Assembly: GCF_006345805.1 (NCBI RefSeq)
Contig: NW_021834538.1
Span: 1 to 47,384, forward strand
Length of the DNA: 47,384 nucleotides
Source: Octopus sinensis
Taxonomy: Eukaryota
Direction: 5' to 3'
A model generated the notes under the pieces. The model saw only the letters and a program-made list of their open reading frames with translations, searched no databases and was not told the DNA's origin. How positions within the stretch are numbered: the stretch's first letter is position 1; each line of letters starts with the position of its first letter. This document shows, piece after piece, positions 1 through 12,999 of the stretch. A program made the translations under genes and the position numbers.

Positions 1-1585
1 GGATAGCCGCTTTGTACAGAGGCATCCGTTCGGTAATTCGCGTGAATGGACATCTATCGAGACCCTTCGATATCGCACGTTCGGTCCGTCAGGATGCCCC
101 CTCTCGTCGCTTCTATACGTATTGACTCTCGAGCCATTATTGCGGAAGCTGGCAACTTTGAGGAGGGGCATCCCGCGAGAACTGGGATGCGGGACGAGCG
201 TGTCTGCATACGCGGACGACGTCACCGTCATAGTGTCTAGCCACAAGCACATCGAGCAGGTCAGCGAGACACTGAAAAACTACGAAGCGGTGACAGGAGC
301 GAAAATCAACCGGGAAAAGTCAGTGGGCTTGCGACTAGGCACCTGGAGAAGCAAGCCCATGCCGTCCACCAGCGCCTCCGTCGTGGGACGCTGGACCGAC
401 GGCCCGGTTGAGTTGCTCGGGGTCTGGTTTGGTCCGGACCTCCAAGTGAAGAAGAACTGGAACGAGATAACGAGTAGGGTGGTCACTCTCGCCCGGCAAT
501 GGGCCTAGAGGAAACTGTCCCTAAAAGGTCGGGCGGAGGTGGCGAACACGTACATCGCGTCCGTCATCTACTACCGCCGCCTGACCGTCGTACCTTGTCC
601 CGACCCTACCATCACCAAACTACAACGCATTCTCTTTCGCTTCTGTGGAAAGGATGCGTCCCGATGGTCAGGCGATCCATTTGCTGTCAACACCCGTTAA
701 AAGGAGGGCTGGGCATGCCGTGGTTGATGATGCGCAGACACGCGCTGAGACTGCGACATCTCTGGCTCTATGTAGACGACGGTGAACAGGTGTGGTCGCC
801 GTTTGTGAGGCACGCTTTCCCGCAGCTCATCTCCATGACCGAACTGCAGTCATGGATCAAAAAGAGGCCGAGGAAGGGCGATTGGCACCGCGAGTGTCGC
901 GTTGCTCTCAAGCAACTCCGCCGTCCCGGGTCGACCTTGAGTGACTTCAACACAACCAAAGCATTCTATAGGGGATTAGTGGAGGGGAGGTACGACGACG
1001 AGCTCGGGGCGAACCTGGACGTCGACGAGGAGTACCTGACCCCCTGTTCAGGACGACTTTCGGGCCAGGGCCCATGGACAACTTCCAGAGATCCTGGCCT
1101 GGCAGTGCTACCGAGAAGCGCTACTACCCGTTCGGGATAAGCTCTACAGACAACGGCTCGAGAAACACGGGGCCGACCTGCCCGAGATGCGGTCAGAGCG
1201 ACGAAACCGTTCTGCACGCAATCGTGCAGTGTCCAACAATTTCCGACCTGTGGGCTTATGTCGAACAACTGCTGTCACGTGTGGGACGAGTCGGTTTATC
1301 AGCTGAGTCTATCGTCAATATTGTCACGCCTCCTTCCTTCAAACGGGAAGGAAGAGTTATTTTCATCATCCTTGTGGCTATGGCGAAAGAATGTATCTGG
1401 TGGACGCGTCTGAAAGGATTGGAGACAAACACTTTCCTCTCATCAACTTCTTCAAGTACCACTTGAAAAGGAAAGTGAGAGTAGAGAGGCAAGTTTTGTC
1501 TAGCAAATGTTTTAAAAAAAGATGGGTGAATGTAGCAAGGATGGCACGTATGAATGACGAAGCCACCTTGAGCATAATCCTATGA
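1..1585 (+). pseudogene. Disrupted ORF2 (reverse transcriptase plus zf-RVT-type zinc finger) of the Tx1-like element
   Basis: ORF-track pieces 122-508, 499-1140, 1074-1466 and 1391-1585 carry consecutive L1/Tx1 ORF2 motifs separated by stops and frameshifts. Confidence 0.9.
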
Positions 1586-2042
1586 ACCCAGAAATTGAAA
1601 ACAGAGGGTTACCCACTTGCAAACAAATGTGGTAACATATAACAATATTGACCAAGGTTACCGTGGTCTTTTTCGTAGGCTTTTCTTCCCACGGATAAAC
1701 CTTACTTGCTTTCCCCTTTACACCATATATCATAACACTGTGATACACGATCCCTATTGATCGTTTTTTTCCCTCTTCCCCCTTTTTTCCCCTTTTTTCT
1801 TCTTTTTACATTTCTCTTTCCTTTTGTTCCTTTTCCTTTTCTTTTTTTTTCTTTTTATTCCTTTTATTTTATTCAAATTTTTTTTTTGTTCTTTTCTTCC
1901 CTTTTACGATCCCTCTTGATCGAAAACCTACGTCACCCCTTTTTTTTCTTTTGTTTTTTTGTTCTCTTCATCCCCCAAAAGAAAAGCTCTACCTTGTAAC
2001 TTGTCCCATCTGTGTGCAGCCCTGTGTGGCCAATAAAGAAAC

Positions 2043-2043
<1 letters not shown>
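1..2043 (+). mobile_element. 3' portion of a decayed L1-clade (Tx1-like) non-LTR retrotransposon: RT C-terminal half, thumb, C-terminal zinc finger, T-rich 3' UTR and AATAAA
   Basis: Across frames reads ...RSVRQ(G)CPLSSLLYVLTLEPLLRKL...SAYADDVTVIV (YADD 209-220)...RKLSLKGRAEVANTYIASVIYY...PLKGGLGMP...CPRCGQSDETVLHAIVQCP...W. Frameshift near 92, in-frame TAG at 506-508, further frameshifts; last ORF piece stops at 1585. AATAAA 2032-2037, then (TATC)n from 2044. The 5' end lies outside the window. Confidence 0.92.
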
Positions 2044-2122
<79 letters not shown>

Positions 2123-2133
2123 ATATCTGTCTG

Positions 2134-2222
<89 letters not shown>

Positions 2223-2243
2223 TTATCTATCTGTCTATCTATC
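2044..2243. repeat. (TATC)n microsatellite abutting the Tx1 3' end
   Basis: Read directly. Confidence 0.98.
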
Positions 2244-2244
2244 C

Positions 2245-2430
2245 ACAGTGAGAATTTACAAAAAACAAAAGACAAAGGCGATGTAAACATCAAACAGATG
2301 TATTAGTTTCACTCTCGGGAAGTGAGAAAGTCTTTTATGTTTCGAGCCTACGCTCTTCGACAGAAAGGAACACTGAAATAAGCAGGGAGAGAAAATAGAA
2401 AAAGGTATAGTGGCTAGCTACCTATCATGG
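2245..2430 (-). mobile_element. Short interspersed repeat with a hammerhead-like core (family E), probably a Penelope-like terminal remnant
   Basis: Shares 'aaagtctttta(t/c)(g/c)tttcgagcctacgctcttc(g/a)acagaaag' with 17570-17610 and, inverted, with 45625-45665. Confidence 0.6.
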
Positions 2431-3333
2431 TGAATATATGCATGTATGTATATATATTTGTATATATATATATATTATTATATATATATATTATATATAT
2501 ATATATATATATATGCATACAAAACATACGTATACGCATGCATATATATGTTTTATATCAAGATAGTGTGTTGGGTTTTAAAGTATTTTCTACGAAATAC
2601 TTAATAAATGAAAGAGACAGTGATGCTCTTGCAGCTCGAAGGTGCAACCGAAAATGTAGTTTTCTTTATATATTTGTGTAAGACATCACACATGATTATC
2701 TTCCCCCAAAATGTCACCAGCGTACTAATTCCCAATCGACACAACATCATCGCAAAAACATTTGAATATTCGGATAGAAGACAATCCTTTAATAAATATA
2801 GACTCCCACCGCTATTGAATGCATACACAAACATCGACATAAGAAATATTGGTGGAACCTTTCCATCAAAATTTCTGTCAAGTGCAAATATAACAGGCTC
2901 GATATTGTTAGGGAGAGATAGGAAAAAGTATATACCGTCATAGAGATCAACTGCCCTGCTGATGTGATTATCTTTTCGGAAATCAAAGAGAAATTAGTTA
3001 CCTACGGACAACTTCACCGAAACTTCCAGCTTCTATATCTAGATTATAAATTCATATTTATATCAACAATAATTATTGTGCGTGGCTTTGTGGGTAAATG
3101 CCTAGGCGACAGTTTGGATAGGATAGGGTTTTTAAAAGAAAAAGTAATTAATAATCTAATTTGCACATTACAAACACAATTTCTAAGTGGAACAATTGAA
3201 ATATGCATGACTTTTCTCCGGTTTAAAATGTGATAATGCTTTTGTTAATCTACATTCCAACGATAAGATCTTAAGATCTTATATGTTTATTATCTCTCTC
3301 TCTCTCTCTCTCTCTCTCTAATTATCTGTCTGT

Positions 3334-3378
3334 GGTCGGTCCGAGGATATAGTAGAAGACACTTGCCCAAGGTGCCAT
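3334..3378 (-). mobile_element. SINE family A fragment
   Basis: ggtcggtccgaggatatagtagaagacacttgcccaaggtgcc matches the family A body. Confidence 0.7.
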
Positions 3379-4398
3379 ATATATGTAGGTTGATTTCTCA
3401 AGACGCGCTTTATATCGTGTATAGAGAGTGGAGTGGGGGTGAAATATACTTAAACATATAATCAACCTTAAGGATGCAGGATAAAGTTTGATGGATGGCA
3501 AAGCACAGTGTGATGAGCGCTACCTTCACATACATAGAAAGTAGAGCAGAAAGAATTCTAGAGACAGAGTAGGTGGAGGAGGAGAGGGGAAATGAGCAGT
3601 TAGAGGGAGATAGGAATTATGTAATGCAACAATTCAGAGTAGTATAATATCGCATAGAAAATGTAGTTAAAATAATATTATAAAGCAAAATAGTTAGAGA
3701 GAGAGAGAGAGAGGGGGAGGGAGAGAGAGAGAGTAGGAGACTAGATGTCAGGCAGAGGGGAAAGAGGTAAAGTACAGGAAGGAAATAGACGGTTAATTAT
3801 AAACGTACTACGGAAGAAATTAAAGCATGTCATATTTGGAATGGTATTTGAAAAACAATGAAAATGTGTTTCGTTTTTGGATTTGGTTTGCAAGATTCTT
3901 TATGTGAGTTCGTGTGTTGAATCATATTCTGTTGTGTCTAGGGAGAGTCATTTTCTTTTTGTGCTTTATAATTTAACACACTCACCGGTAAAATTTCCAC
4001 TTATTCCTATTTTTATTTTCCTAAAAATTTTCGTTGCGTCCTGCAACCTTTTCAATAAGAGAACACTCATAATATAAAATTATCTCAAATTTTATAGAGA
4101 CGAATAAACGTATTAACATATTCTGGGAAATATACTTTATTAAGTAAGGTGGGAATAAATACAGGCACATTCAATATATGTATGCATGTGTGTGTATGTG
4201 TGTGCGGACGTACATAGTGCGTTTGTGTGTGTATGTGTATGCGCATGTCTATGTGTGTGACGTGTGTATGTGTGTGTAAAAATATTGACACAAAAATATA
4301 TGAGCATTTACACGATTATACATATACATATAGAGGCATGCATACACGCATATACAAGTATCCATACATACTCACGCACAGACACACAGTCATTTATA

Positions 4399-4977
4399 CA
4401 GGGTGTCCCAAGAGTCACTGATGGCTTTCAGTTTTTAATAACTTCCTTAACTTTACAAATAAATGCATGAAATTTTGATACAATATAAAGGGCATAGTGG
4501 AAATTGATATGCACGAGTCAAATTTTGCAACACCACTACATCACATATGAAAAATGACATCGCTTAAATGGCAGCCATTTTCGGCTTCGCCCGCCCGTAC
4601 TCTTTCCAAAACTTGCACCATAACACCCTCAAGAGTTTCAGACCCCACTTCTCTGATTTCTCTATCGATGTTCACTTTCAGTTGCACCAGGGCCTCCGGT
4701 TTGTTGACGTAAACCCTTTCTTTCAGCTACCTCCACAAGAAAAAAATTCGGGCTAGTCAAGTCTGGGGAACGTGAAAGCCAGTTGACATTACCGTAGCGG
4801 GAGATTATTCTCTCTTCAAAGCATTGCCGTAGCAACTACATTGTTTCTCTTGCGGTATGAAGAGTTGCTTCATGTTGCTGGAACCATTTGTGAGGTCTAC
4901 TTTGAATGGCCTTTACATTGTAAAGTCAAGGAAGTTATTAAAAATTGAAACCCATTAATGACTTTTGGGACACCCTG
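4399..4977 (-). mobile_element. Internally deleted Tc1/mariner DNA transposon with long TIRs and TA target duplication
   Basis: TA|CAGGGTGTCCCAAGAGTCA... at 4399 and ...TGACTTTTGGGACACCCTG|TA at 4977; the imperfect TIR extends about 60 bp. Minus strand ~4850-4550 translates to RIISRYGNVNWLSRSPDLTSPNFF/LWR*LKERVYVNKP...ENGCHLSDVIF, matching the W-x-x-R-SPDL catalytic C-terminus. Confidence 0.9.
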
Positions 4978-5530
4978 TATATACATACACACACAGAGTT
5001 TAAGCTGATAATTATTTCTCTTTGCAAAATTAGTATTTATTTGATCATTGTGTAGAAGCGCCAAGAAATTTCAGAGAAGTTAAATTATAAGTATAAATAT
5101 ATATGTATGCCATATTTCCTGGTATTATCCATTGCATCAAAAGTATACTTCCCGAGTTCCCCGTCTTATGACGGCTAACATACTAGTATACAGTGATCGA
5201 TTATGTGCAACTTTGAATTTTTCGGCTTCAAAAATGCAGTATCTTACTCTGCTTTAGGCATTCGCGTACTATTTTGCCCCATTGTGTTGCACGAATGTGC
5301 TCACCACACCACACATTGTTTCTTTGATAATTCATATGTATATATTCTTTTGTTCGTTTACTGATTTCAATAATCTGATTTCGGTTGCTGAAATAAGTAC
5401 AAGGTTTGAAGGTAAGCACAGGGGTTGATTTGATCGGATAAAATTCTTCAAGGCGATGACATATTATAGCCGCAGTACAGAAACAAGAAACAGAAGAAAC
5501 ATTCATTTGTGTATTCGTGTGTGTGTGTGT

Positions 5531-5565
<35 letters not shown>

Positions 5566-6059
5566 ATGTATATATGAAAACTACGACCATAAAAACTTTT
5601 AACTCCAACACAGTCAGGTTTTAATATAAAATATTTGTATGGCTGTTCCCTATTTGTACACATATACACACAGACGCACACACAAGTACACACTATCACA
5701 CACATGCATACACCCACCTCTTCTATTCCATCTTGGTATCTATATGTGTGTATATGTTTTCATGCAAATATTCACACAAGAATTATATATGTGTGTGTGT
5801 GTGTGTGCGTGAATGTGTGCGCGCGTGTGTACATGTATACGTAAATAGTTACTTATACACCCATACATGCATTCATGCATGCATATACACACACATATAC
5901 GTAATCTCCATATAGGTTTTCTTTGAAGAATATTACCTCAGCATGATATATTAGGAGACCAAATATGTGTGACACTGGGTATTGGAAGGTGAATATTGAA
6001 TGGGTCTGTCTCGTAAGATTTGTTTAATTGTATATAAGGAGGAAAGAATTGTGTATGTG

Positions 6060-6089
6060 TCTGTATATATATAATATATATAATATATA

Positions 6090-6128
<39 letters not shown>

Positions 6129-6162
6129 CACAAGACATATATACATATACTACATACATACA

Positions 6163-6195
<33 letters not shown>

Positions 6196-6321
6196 GTACA
6201 CATATAAGCATATATATTCAGAATGCATAAACACATATATTCATATAAATATACATGTATATACACACACACGCATATATGTATACATAGTTATACATAT
6301 ACATATGTATATACATATACA

Positions 6322-6352
<31 letters not shown>

Positions 6353-6600
6353 CTCATTCACATATGCACACATATATATATGTATGTGTGTGTGTATATA
6401 TATATGTACATATTTATATATATATATGTATGTATGTATATATACATATATATGTATGTGTGTGTATATATATACATATATATATATATGCGTGTGTTGT
6501 GTATGTATATATATATATATTTATGTAAATATATATTTACATATATATGTATGTATATGTATATGTATATGTGTGCGTGTATGTGTGTGTGTGTGTGCAA
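6060..6600. repeat. Compound (TA)n/(CATA)n/(TG)n microsatellite
   Basis: Read directly. Confidence 0.95.
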
Positions 6601-7465
6601 AAAACAAAAGAACTTCAAGAAGATGACGAAGACGAATCATTTGCATATGGTTTCATAAGTTTTGTGTATACGCATAGCATGTGACTGTCTGTGTGTGTGT
6701 GTGGTGTGTGTGTGTTTTCGTGGGGAGAGCGAACTAAGAAATCTTCCGATTACATTGGTTTAGATAAGAAACAGGCTCTAAATATGCTACAGTGACGTGG
6801 CCAGGAGAAAACTACCGCCATTCGTCGTGATTAATCTGGAATGTAGTTTCTTAGAAATAACTTTCCAACGATATCTTTTTATGCTGCAATCGTCGAAACG
6901 TTTTATTGGCGTTTGGTCGATGTATGGCCTGGAAACTTTACATTTATGATAACCCGATAGAACAATACCTTACGTAAGATGATTTCAACGGTGGTCACTA
7001 TTTAACATTGTTATCGTAACAGCGTTCGACTATGTTTATGGAAGTGGTGGTTTTACAATATAATGATATCGATTAGTTTCAGGATTTGAGATGGAAGCAA
7101 TTGTTATGTAATTGGATAGATAGCTCAGACGTGGGAGAAGGTTATTACAGCTGTCTGCTTTGTAATATATTTCGGTTTGTTGTAGTTGCAGTTGTTGTTG
7201 TTGTTGTCTCCGTCTGTGTCGTCGTTATTGTTCTGATTACTGTTGTTGCTGCTGCTGTTGATGTTATTGCTTAGCCGCTGGTCAGCTCTGATTAAACTGA
7301 CCCGTGATCAAAGATATTCCAGCTGTGGACATCCGGTTTTTTTCTCGCCACTTATAGTGTAGTAAGGACTGCTTTAACCATTGTTTTCTTCCGATATTTA
7401 AGAGACCCCTTAATGTTATTTCGGAAAGAGAGAGAGAGAGTGGGAGAGAGAAAGTAAGAGGATGT

Positions 7466-7523
<58 letters not shown>

Positions 7524-7646
7524 TGTGTGTGTGTGTTTGTGGTTATTTCTAACATATCTGACATGGGTTTGGAGAGAAACGAATATAAATAGTTTGGAGT
7601 AGATAGTATCGTTGTTTAATCAACTGAGCTACCTACTACTTCAATT

Positions 7647-7857
7647 ATAACGAATTCTGCTCTAAGCGTGAAATTTTGGAGGAAGGAGTTTATCAAATAC
7701 ATCGACTCCAGTGCTCAACTAGTACTTATTTCATCAACCTCGAATGGGATGAAAAGCAATGTCGGCCTCGGCGGAATATGAATTCAGAACGTAAAGCCGG
7801 AAGAAATGCCGCTAAGCACTTTGTCCGGTGTGCTAATGATTCTGCCATCTCGCCGCC
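7647..7857 (-). mobile_element. tRNA-derived SINE, family B
   Basis: Minus strand starts ggcggcgagatggcagaatcattagcac...gttctgaattc (B-box-like) and matches the other family B copies. Confidence 0.85.
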
Positions 7858-8082
7858 CTTTCTCATCTAATTATGATGTCGGTAACTGGTTATATCACTG
7901 GCACTTCTACATTTTGTGTAATTCTCAGGCAGAATTAGTGCGTTACACTGTGACAGAGGTAGGCCTGTGAAATACATGTACACCGAAAGATTGTTACATA
8001 ATTTTCCGCTTACGTAATTTCAGTCATAACGCTTAGGTTGATCTAAAACTAAACTACAATATATATATATATATGCATATAT

Positions 8083-8133
<51 letters not shown>

Positions 8134-8556
8134 GGCGTAGCAGTGGCTGTGTGGTAAGTTCTTGCTTACCAACCACATGGTTCCGGGTTCAGTCCAACTG
8201 CGTGGCACCTTGGGCAAGTTTCTTCTACTATAGCCTCGGGCCAACCAAGGCCTTGTGAGTGGATTTGGTAGACGGAAACTGAAAGAAGCCCGTCGTATAT
8301 ATGTGTATATATATATGTGTGTGTATATATTTATGTATCTGTGTTTGTCCCCCCCCAACATCGCTTGACAACCGATGCTAGTGTGTTTACGTCCCCGTAA
8401 CTTAGCGGTTCGGCAAAAAGTGACCGATAGTGTAAGTACTAGGCTTACAAAGAATAAGTCTTAGGGTCGATTTGCTCGACTAAAGGCGGTGCTTCAGCAT
8501 GGCCACAATCAAATGACTGAAACAAGAGTAAAAAAAAAGAGTAAAAGAGTAAAGAG
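8134..8556 (+). mobile_element. tRNA-derived SINE, family A, full length
   Basis: Head ggcgtagcagtggctgtgtggtaag...gggttcagtcc, internal (TA/TG)n linker, tail ...gactgaaacaagagtaaaa...gagtaaaagag. Resembles the octopus tRNA-derived SINEs; the named family cannot be assigned here. Confidence 0.9.
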
Positions 8557-9086
8557 CATATGCATATAAGGGTACTTGACGTCACCACAGTAAACAACAT
8601 GTAATACGAAAACAAATGAGTTAAATACGCAAATAACGAGAGGGAAGAAAAATGGAAAACAAGGCAAGTAATACAAATAATACAAAGAATACAGTTGAGT
8701 TCTGGGGTCGATGGGTTCAGCTATCCCCAACCCCTAAATTTCAGGCCTTGTGCCTATAGTAGAAAGGATTAATACATGCATGCGTGTGTGTTTGTGTGTG
8801 TATGCATAGTCCGATACTTATAAAGAAACACATACACAAGTGCGTACACTCACACACCACACACTATCAAACACTATCACATAAGCGCATAATCGTGAAC
8901 GAAGTAAACGTGTATTCAGACTCTGAGGTAATACCTCGCACACACAACAATACAGAGCCTCAATTTAAAAGTGCATAGGTTTATGTTTATACATGAGCTT
9001 GAACGTCCATGGACCCCATATTGGTGACTGATTATTATTATAAGCGTTCCTCTTTTACCAGCAAACACTTCAAGTCTGATATATAT

Positions 9087-9488
9087 TACTCTTTTACTCT
9101 TTTACTTGTTTCAGTCATTTGACTGCGGCCATGCTGAAGCACCACCTTTAGTCGAGCAAATCGACCCCGGGACTTATTCTTTGTAAGCCCAGTACTTATT
9201 CTATCGGTCTCTTTTTGCCGAACCGCTAAGTGACGGGGACGTAAACACACCAGCATCGGTTGTCAAGCAATGCTAGGGGGACAAACACAGACATACAAAC
9301 ACATACATATATATATACATATATACGACGGGCTTCTTTCAGTTTCCGTCTACCAAATCCACTCACAAGGCATTGGTCGCCCGGGGCTATAGCAGAAGAC
9401 ACTTGCCCAAGATGCCACGCAGTGGGACTGAACCCGGAACCATGTGGTTGGTTAGCAAGTTTACTTACACACAGCCCACTCCTGCGCC
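9087..9488 (-). mobile_element. tRNA-derived SINE, family A, full length
   Basis: Reverse complement of the 8134-8556 pattern with a (TAAAAGAG)n tail. Confidence 0.92.
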
Positions 9489-9698
<210 letters not shown>

Positions 9699-9799
9699 AA
9701 GAAGAAGAAACAACACATGGCGATGAACTGGCCAAGTTCACCGATTATTTCTTATCCAATATAAAAGAAGTTTGTTTGAAACAATATACTTTAACGATA

Positions 9800-9979
9800 T
9801 TCTTTTACTTGTTTCAGTCATTTGACTGCGGTCATGCTGGAGCACCGCCTTAAAGGGTGTTAATCGAAGAAATCAACCCCAGGACTTATTGTACTTACTT
9901 ATTTTATCGGTCTCTTTTGCCGAACCGCTAAGTCACAGGGACAGAAATACATCAGCATCGGTTGCCAAGCGATGGCAGG

Positions 9980-10016
<37 letters not shown>

Positions 10017-10194
10017 CACACATCTGTTATATAAAATCCGTTCTGTCTGCCTATGTGTGTGTCTTCTAGGATCTCGGACATCCTCTATCCGGTTGCGCTC
10101 AAATTTGATACATAGATACCGACGGTATCAGGGCGTGTATAAGTCTTGAAAAGTATATATATATACATATATATAAGTCCGTCGTATGTATATA

Positions 10195-10227
<33 letters not shown>

Positions 10228-10408
10228 TTTATTTATATATATATTGTATACGGCAGACTTCTTTCATTTCCGTCTACCAGATCCACTCACAAGGCTTTGG
10301 TCGGCCCGAGGCTATAGTAGAAGACATTTGCCAAAAATGCCACGCAGTGGGACCGAATCCGGAAACATGTGGTTGGGAAGTGAGCTTCTTACCACACAGC
10401 CACGCCTG
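9800..10408 (-). mobile_element. SINE family A split into a 3' half (9800-9980) and a 5' half (10247-10408) by an insert in its microsatellite linker
   Basis: Both halves match family A in the same orientation. Confidence 0.8.
10021..10150 (+). mobile_element. Probable Helitron-like 5' terminal fragment
   Basis: a|TCtgttatataaaatcc...ctgtctgcctatgtgtgtgtc resembles the TC-TATATA-AAA start of the Helitron at 22128; no 3' CTAG end found. Confidence 0.4.
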
Positions 10409-10515
10409 TGTGGTAGGTCGACTTTCCTTAAAAACGTTTTGTTCTTTCAGAATCAAAGCCATACAGTTAAGTTTGCTTGAAATGTATAATTACAAGGCAG
10501 TCAAAAGTCACAAGT

Positions 10516-10716
10516 AGGCAGAATCTTTAGCTCACCAGACAAAATGCTTAGCGGTATTTCGTCCGGTTTTATGTTTTAGGTTCAAATGCCACCGATGCTT
10601 TTCATCCTTTCGGGGCCCGTAAAATAAGAACCAGTCAAGTACTGGAGTCGATGAAATCAAGTTGCCCCGCCCGCCAAATTTGAGGGTCTTGTGTCTATTG
10701 AAGATAGGATTATTAT
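10516..10716 (+). mobile_element. SINE family B
   Basis: ggcagaatctttagc...ggttcaaatgcc...cctttcgggg...tail gaagataggattattat. Confidence 0.8.
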
Positions 10717-10727
10717 ACATAGTCAAA

Positions 10728-10950
10728 GGCAGCGAGCTAGCAGAATTGTTAACACGCGAGGCAAAATACTTGGCAGCATTTGAGATCAGCCTTCAAGTCC
10801 CGGGTTCAAATTCTGTCGAGGTTAACTTTGTCTTCATCCTTTCGGGGTCAATAAAATAATTAATAATTGAATACTTGGGTCGATGTAATCGACTTACTCC
10901 CTTCCACTAAAACTTACGGGCTTCGTGCCAAAATCTGAGAGAATTAATAT
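10728..10950 (+). mobile_element. SINE family B, tandem with the previous copy
   Basis: ggcagcgagctagcagaattgttaac...gggttcaaattc...gggtcgatgtaatcgac. Confidence 0.8.
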
Positions 10951-11349
10951 AACATAGTCAGAAAAGGTAAAAAGAAGAATGGCTATCACCTTTCGAGCAT
11001 TTTCCAAACTGGTAAGATTAACGTGGATGATATTTTGGTTAAACATTTACTAATAGGTGTGTGTATATGTGTATAGAAGAGAGGTGGGATTCCAGAAGAC
11101 TTTACTTCACAGGCATGGCTGTATGGTTAAGAAGCACGCTTTGCAATCATGTGGTTACAGGTTCAAGCCCGAACACACACACACGCAAACACAGAGTTCT
11201 ATATGAGAAAGCTGCATGTATAAATCCGTTTGAAACTCCAGATTACAATCTCATAGCAACTGACACCCAACAAACCAAACATAGTTTTACACAAAGGATA
11301 TAGTTACATGTTTTTAGTAATTTGAAATACTAATACATAATAAGTATAA

Positions 11350-11555
11350 ATGTTATTCTGGAGCCATGCCAGGCTCATAAGGGCCAGTTTCCCGATTTCA
11401 GTGGCGTAGAAATTCCCCACCTGGACGGGACACCTGTCCGTCGCAGGATTACTCATTTTTGCCAGCTGAGTGGACTGGAGCAACTTGAAATGGAGGAATC
11501 GAAACCACAATCTTACGATCATGAGTTCAACACCCTAACCACTAAGCCACGCGCC
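11350..11555 (-). mobile_element. tRNA-derived SINE, family C
   Basis: Minus strand ggcgcgtggcttagtggttagggtg...tttcgattcc...gttgctccagtccactcagctggcaaaaatgagtaa; similar to 23451-23670. Confidence 0.85.
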
Positions 11556-11617
11556 TCCACACATAATAAGTATAGTTAGTAATAATAATAGTTAGTAATT
11601 GAGGTAGAAAGCATGGT

Positions 11618-11825
11618 AGCGAGCCAGCAGAGTAGTTAACATACAAGACAAAATGTTGATCAATATACCTTTTAGCTCTACGTTCTGAGTTCACATATCG
11701 ATCAGGTTATCTTTGCCTTTTATTCTTTAGATGTCAATGAAATAAGTACCAGTTGAGCACTGGGGTCGATATATTCGACTAGCCCTATCCCCCAAAGTTT
11801 CAAGCCTTGTGCTTATAGAAGGGAA
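11618..11825 (+). mobile_element. SINE family B, diverged
   Basis: ...ctacgttctgagttcac...aaataagtaccagttgagcactggggtcgat...caagccttgtgcttatagaag. Confidence 0.7.
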
Positions 11826-11914
11826 AAAATATGGATGTAAGATCAGGTATTTTGAAGGGAGGTGGACTGGCGTTAATCGATGTCATCTACTCCAGTACTT
11901 TTTAGTTGGTAATC

Positions 11915-12330
11915 TCCGTACCACAAGGCACATAAGGCCGCAATACGATCTCTCCAACCAGCTCTGTTTTCTGCCACTGTCCTGGTCTCATTCCAGCTTC
12001 TCTACCCTTCTCGTCACCCTTTCCTTGTCAATGATCCTTCGCCATCAGGTTTTAGAGTCCCCTACTCTTTTCCCCTCAGGCTGTCATACAGTCGCTTTCT
12101 CGATCTTGTCGGAGGACGTATCTGATCCAATTCCAGTGTCAACGTCTTATTTTGTCGCTGATCCTGTTCATGCCCGTTGTCCTCTCAACTGTGACATTTC
12201 GGACTTTCTGCAGCCACTAGATGTCGAGTATTATCCTTAAGCATACCAACTGGAAACTGTCCATTGCTTTTTCGCCCATTTTTGTAACTTTCCAGTTTTC
12301 ACATCCACAGAAGAATACTACTCGGACCAA
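11915..12330 (-). mobile_element. RTE-clade LINE 3' fragment (pseudogenised ORF C-terminus)
   Basis: Minus strand reads FCGCENWKVTK...LRIILDI*W...IRR*HWNWIRYVLRQ...WRRIIDKE, the (Y)GCETW / W-W-GHVLR / WRR-V-KE pattern of RTE C-termini. Confidence 0.8.
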
Positions 12331-12430
12331 TGTCTTGACCAGTACTTGACTGGTATCTTATTTTATTGAACCCCGCCGAGAATATGAAAAGCAAAGTTGA
12401 CTTCGGTGGAATTTGAACACAGAACGTAAA
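12330..12430 (-). mobile_element. SINE family B fragment
   Basis: cagtacttgactggtatcttattttattgaaccc...aaagttgacttcggtggaatttgaacacagaacgta. Confidence 0.7.
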
Positions 12431-12944
12431 TAAATATGGATCAATGTTTAAAGATAAGCAGAAGTGAGTTTAGAAAAATCAAGAAATAACATTAATTATT
12501 GAGTGAAAGTCATTGTTGGATGCAATATATTTGAGTGAGGGAGATAATTAGACCGACCCGGAACTGAACTGGTACCGAAATGTTGAAAACGAAATAATGA
12601 ACCCGAAATGATGAAAGCGAAAGTTTACTTCAGCGAGATTCGAACACGAAACGTTAAGTGTCAGAACAAATATATAATAGTGACCCACTATACACTGCTA
12701 TGGTTTCAGATAAAAAGCAACAACAAAAACAAAACAAGGATATCCCATAGAAGACGGCATTTGTATATAGAACAGCGCTATATTTATATGTAAAAGACAT
12801 TGGAGGATTTTGTCGCTCGCTGTGGCCTTTAAAGCGATACATTCCCTAATATCCGGTATGTGATTCCATGAATATATACCAAGTGAAATCTAAATCTACC
12901 CAACTTTTCTTTTATAAACTCATAAAAGATGAAAAAACGACAAC

Positions 12945-12999
<55 letters not shown>

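Noticed and set aside
2608-3233. Two successive ORFs (111 aa and 89 aa) in non-microsatellite DNA
   Set aside because: No recognisable domain or splice structure; could be an old transposon relic but cannot be supported without a search.
10985-11000. cctttcgagc fragment resembling a family E hammerhead half
   Set aside because: Only the GCTC-GAAA half is present, too short to call.
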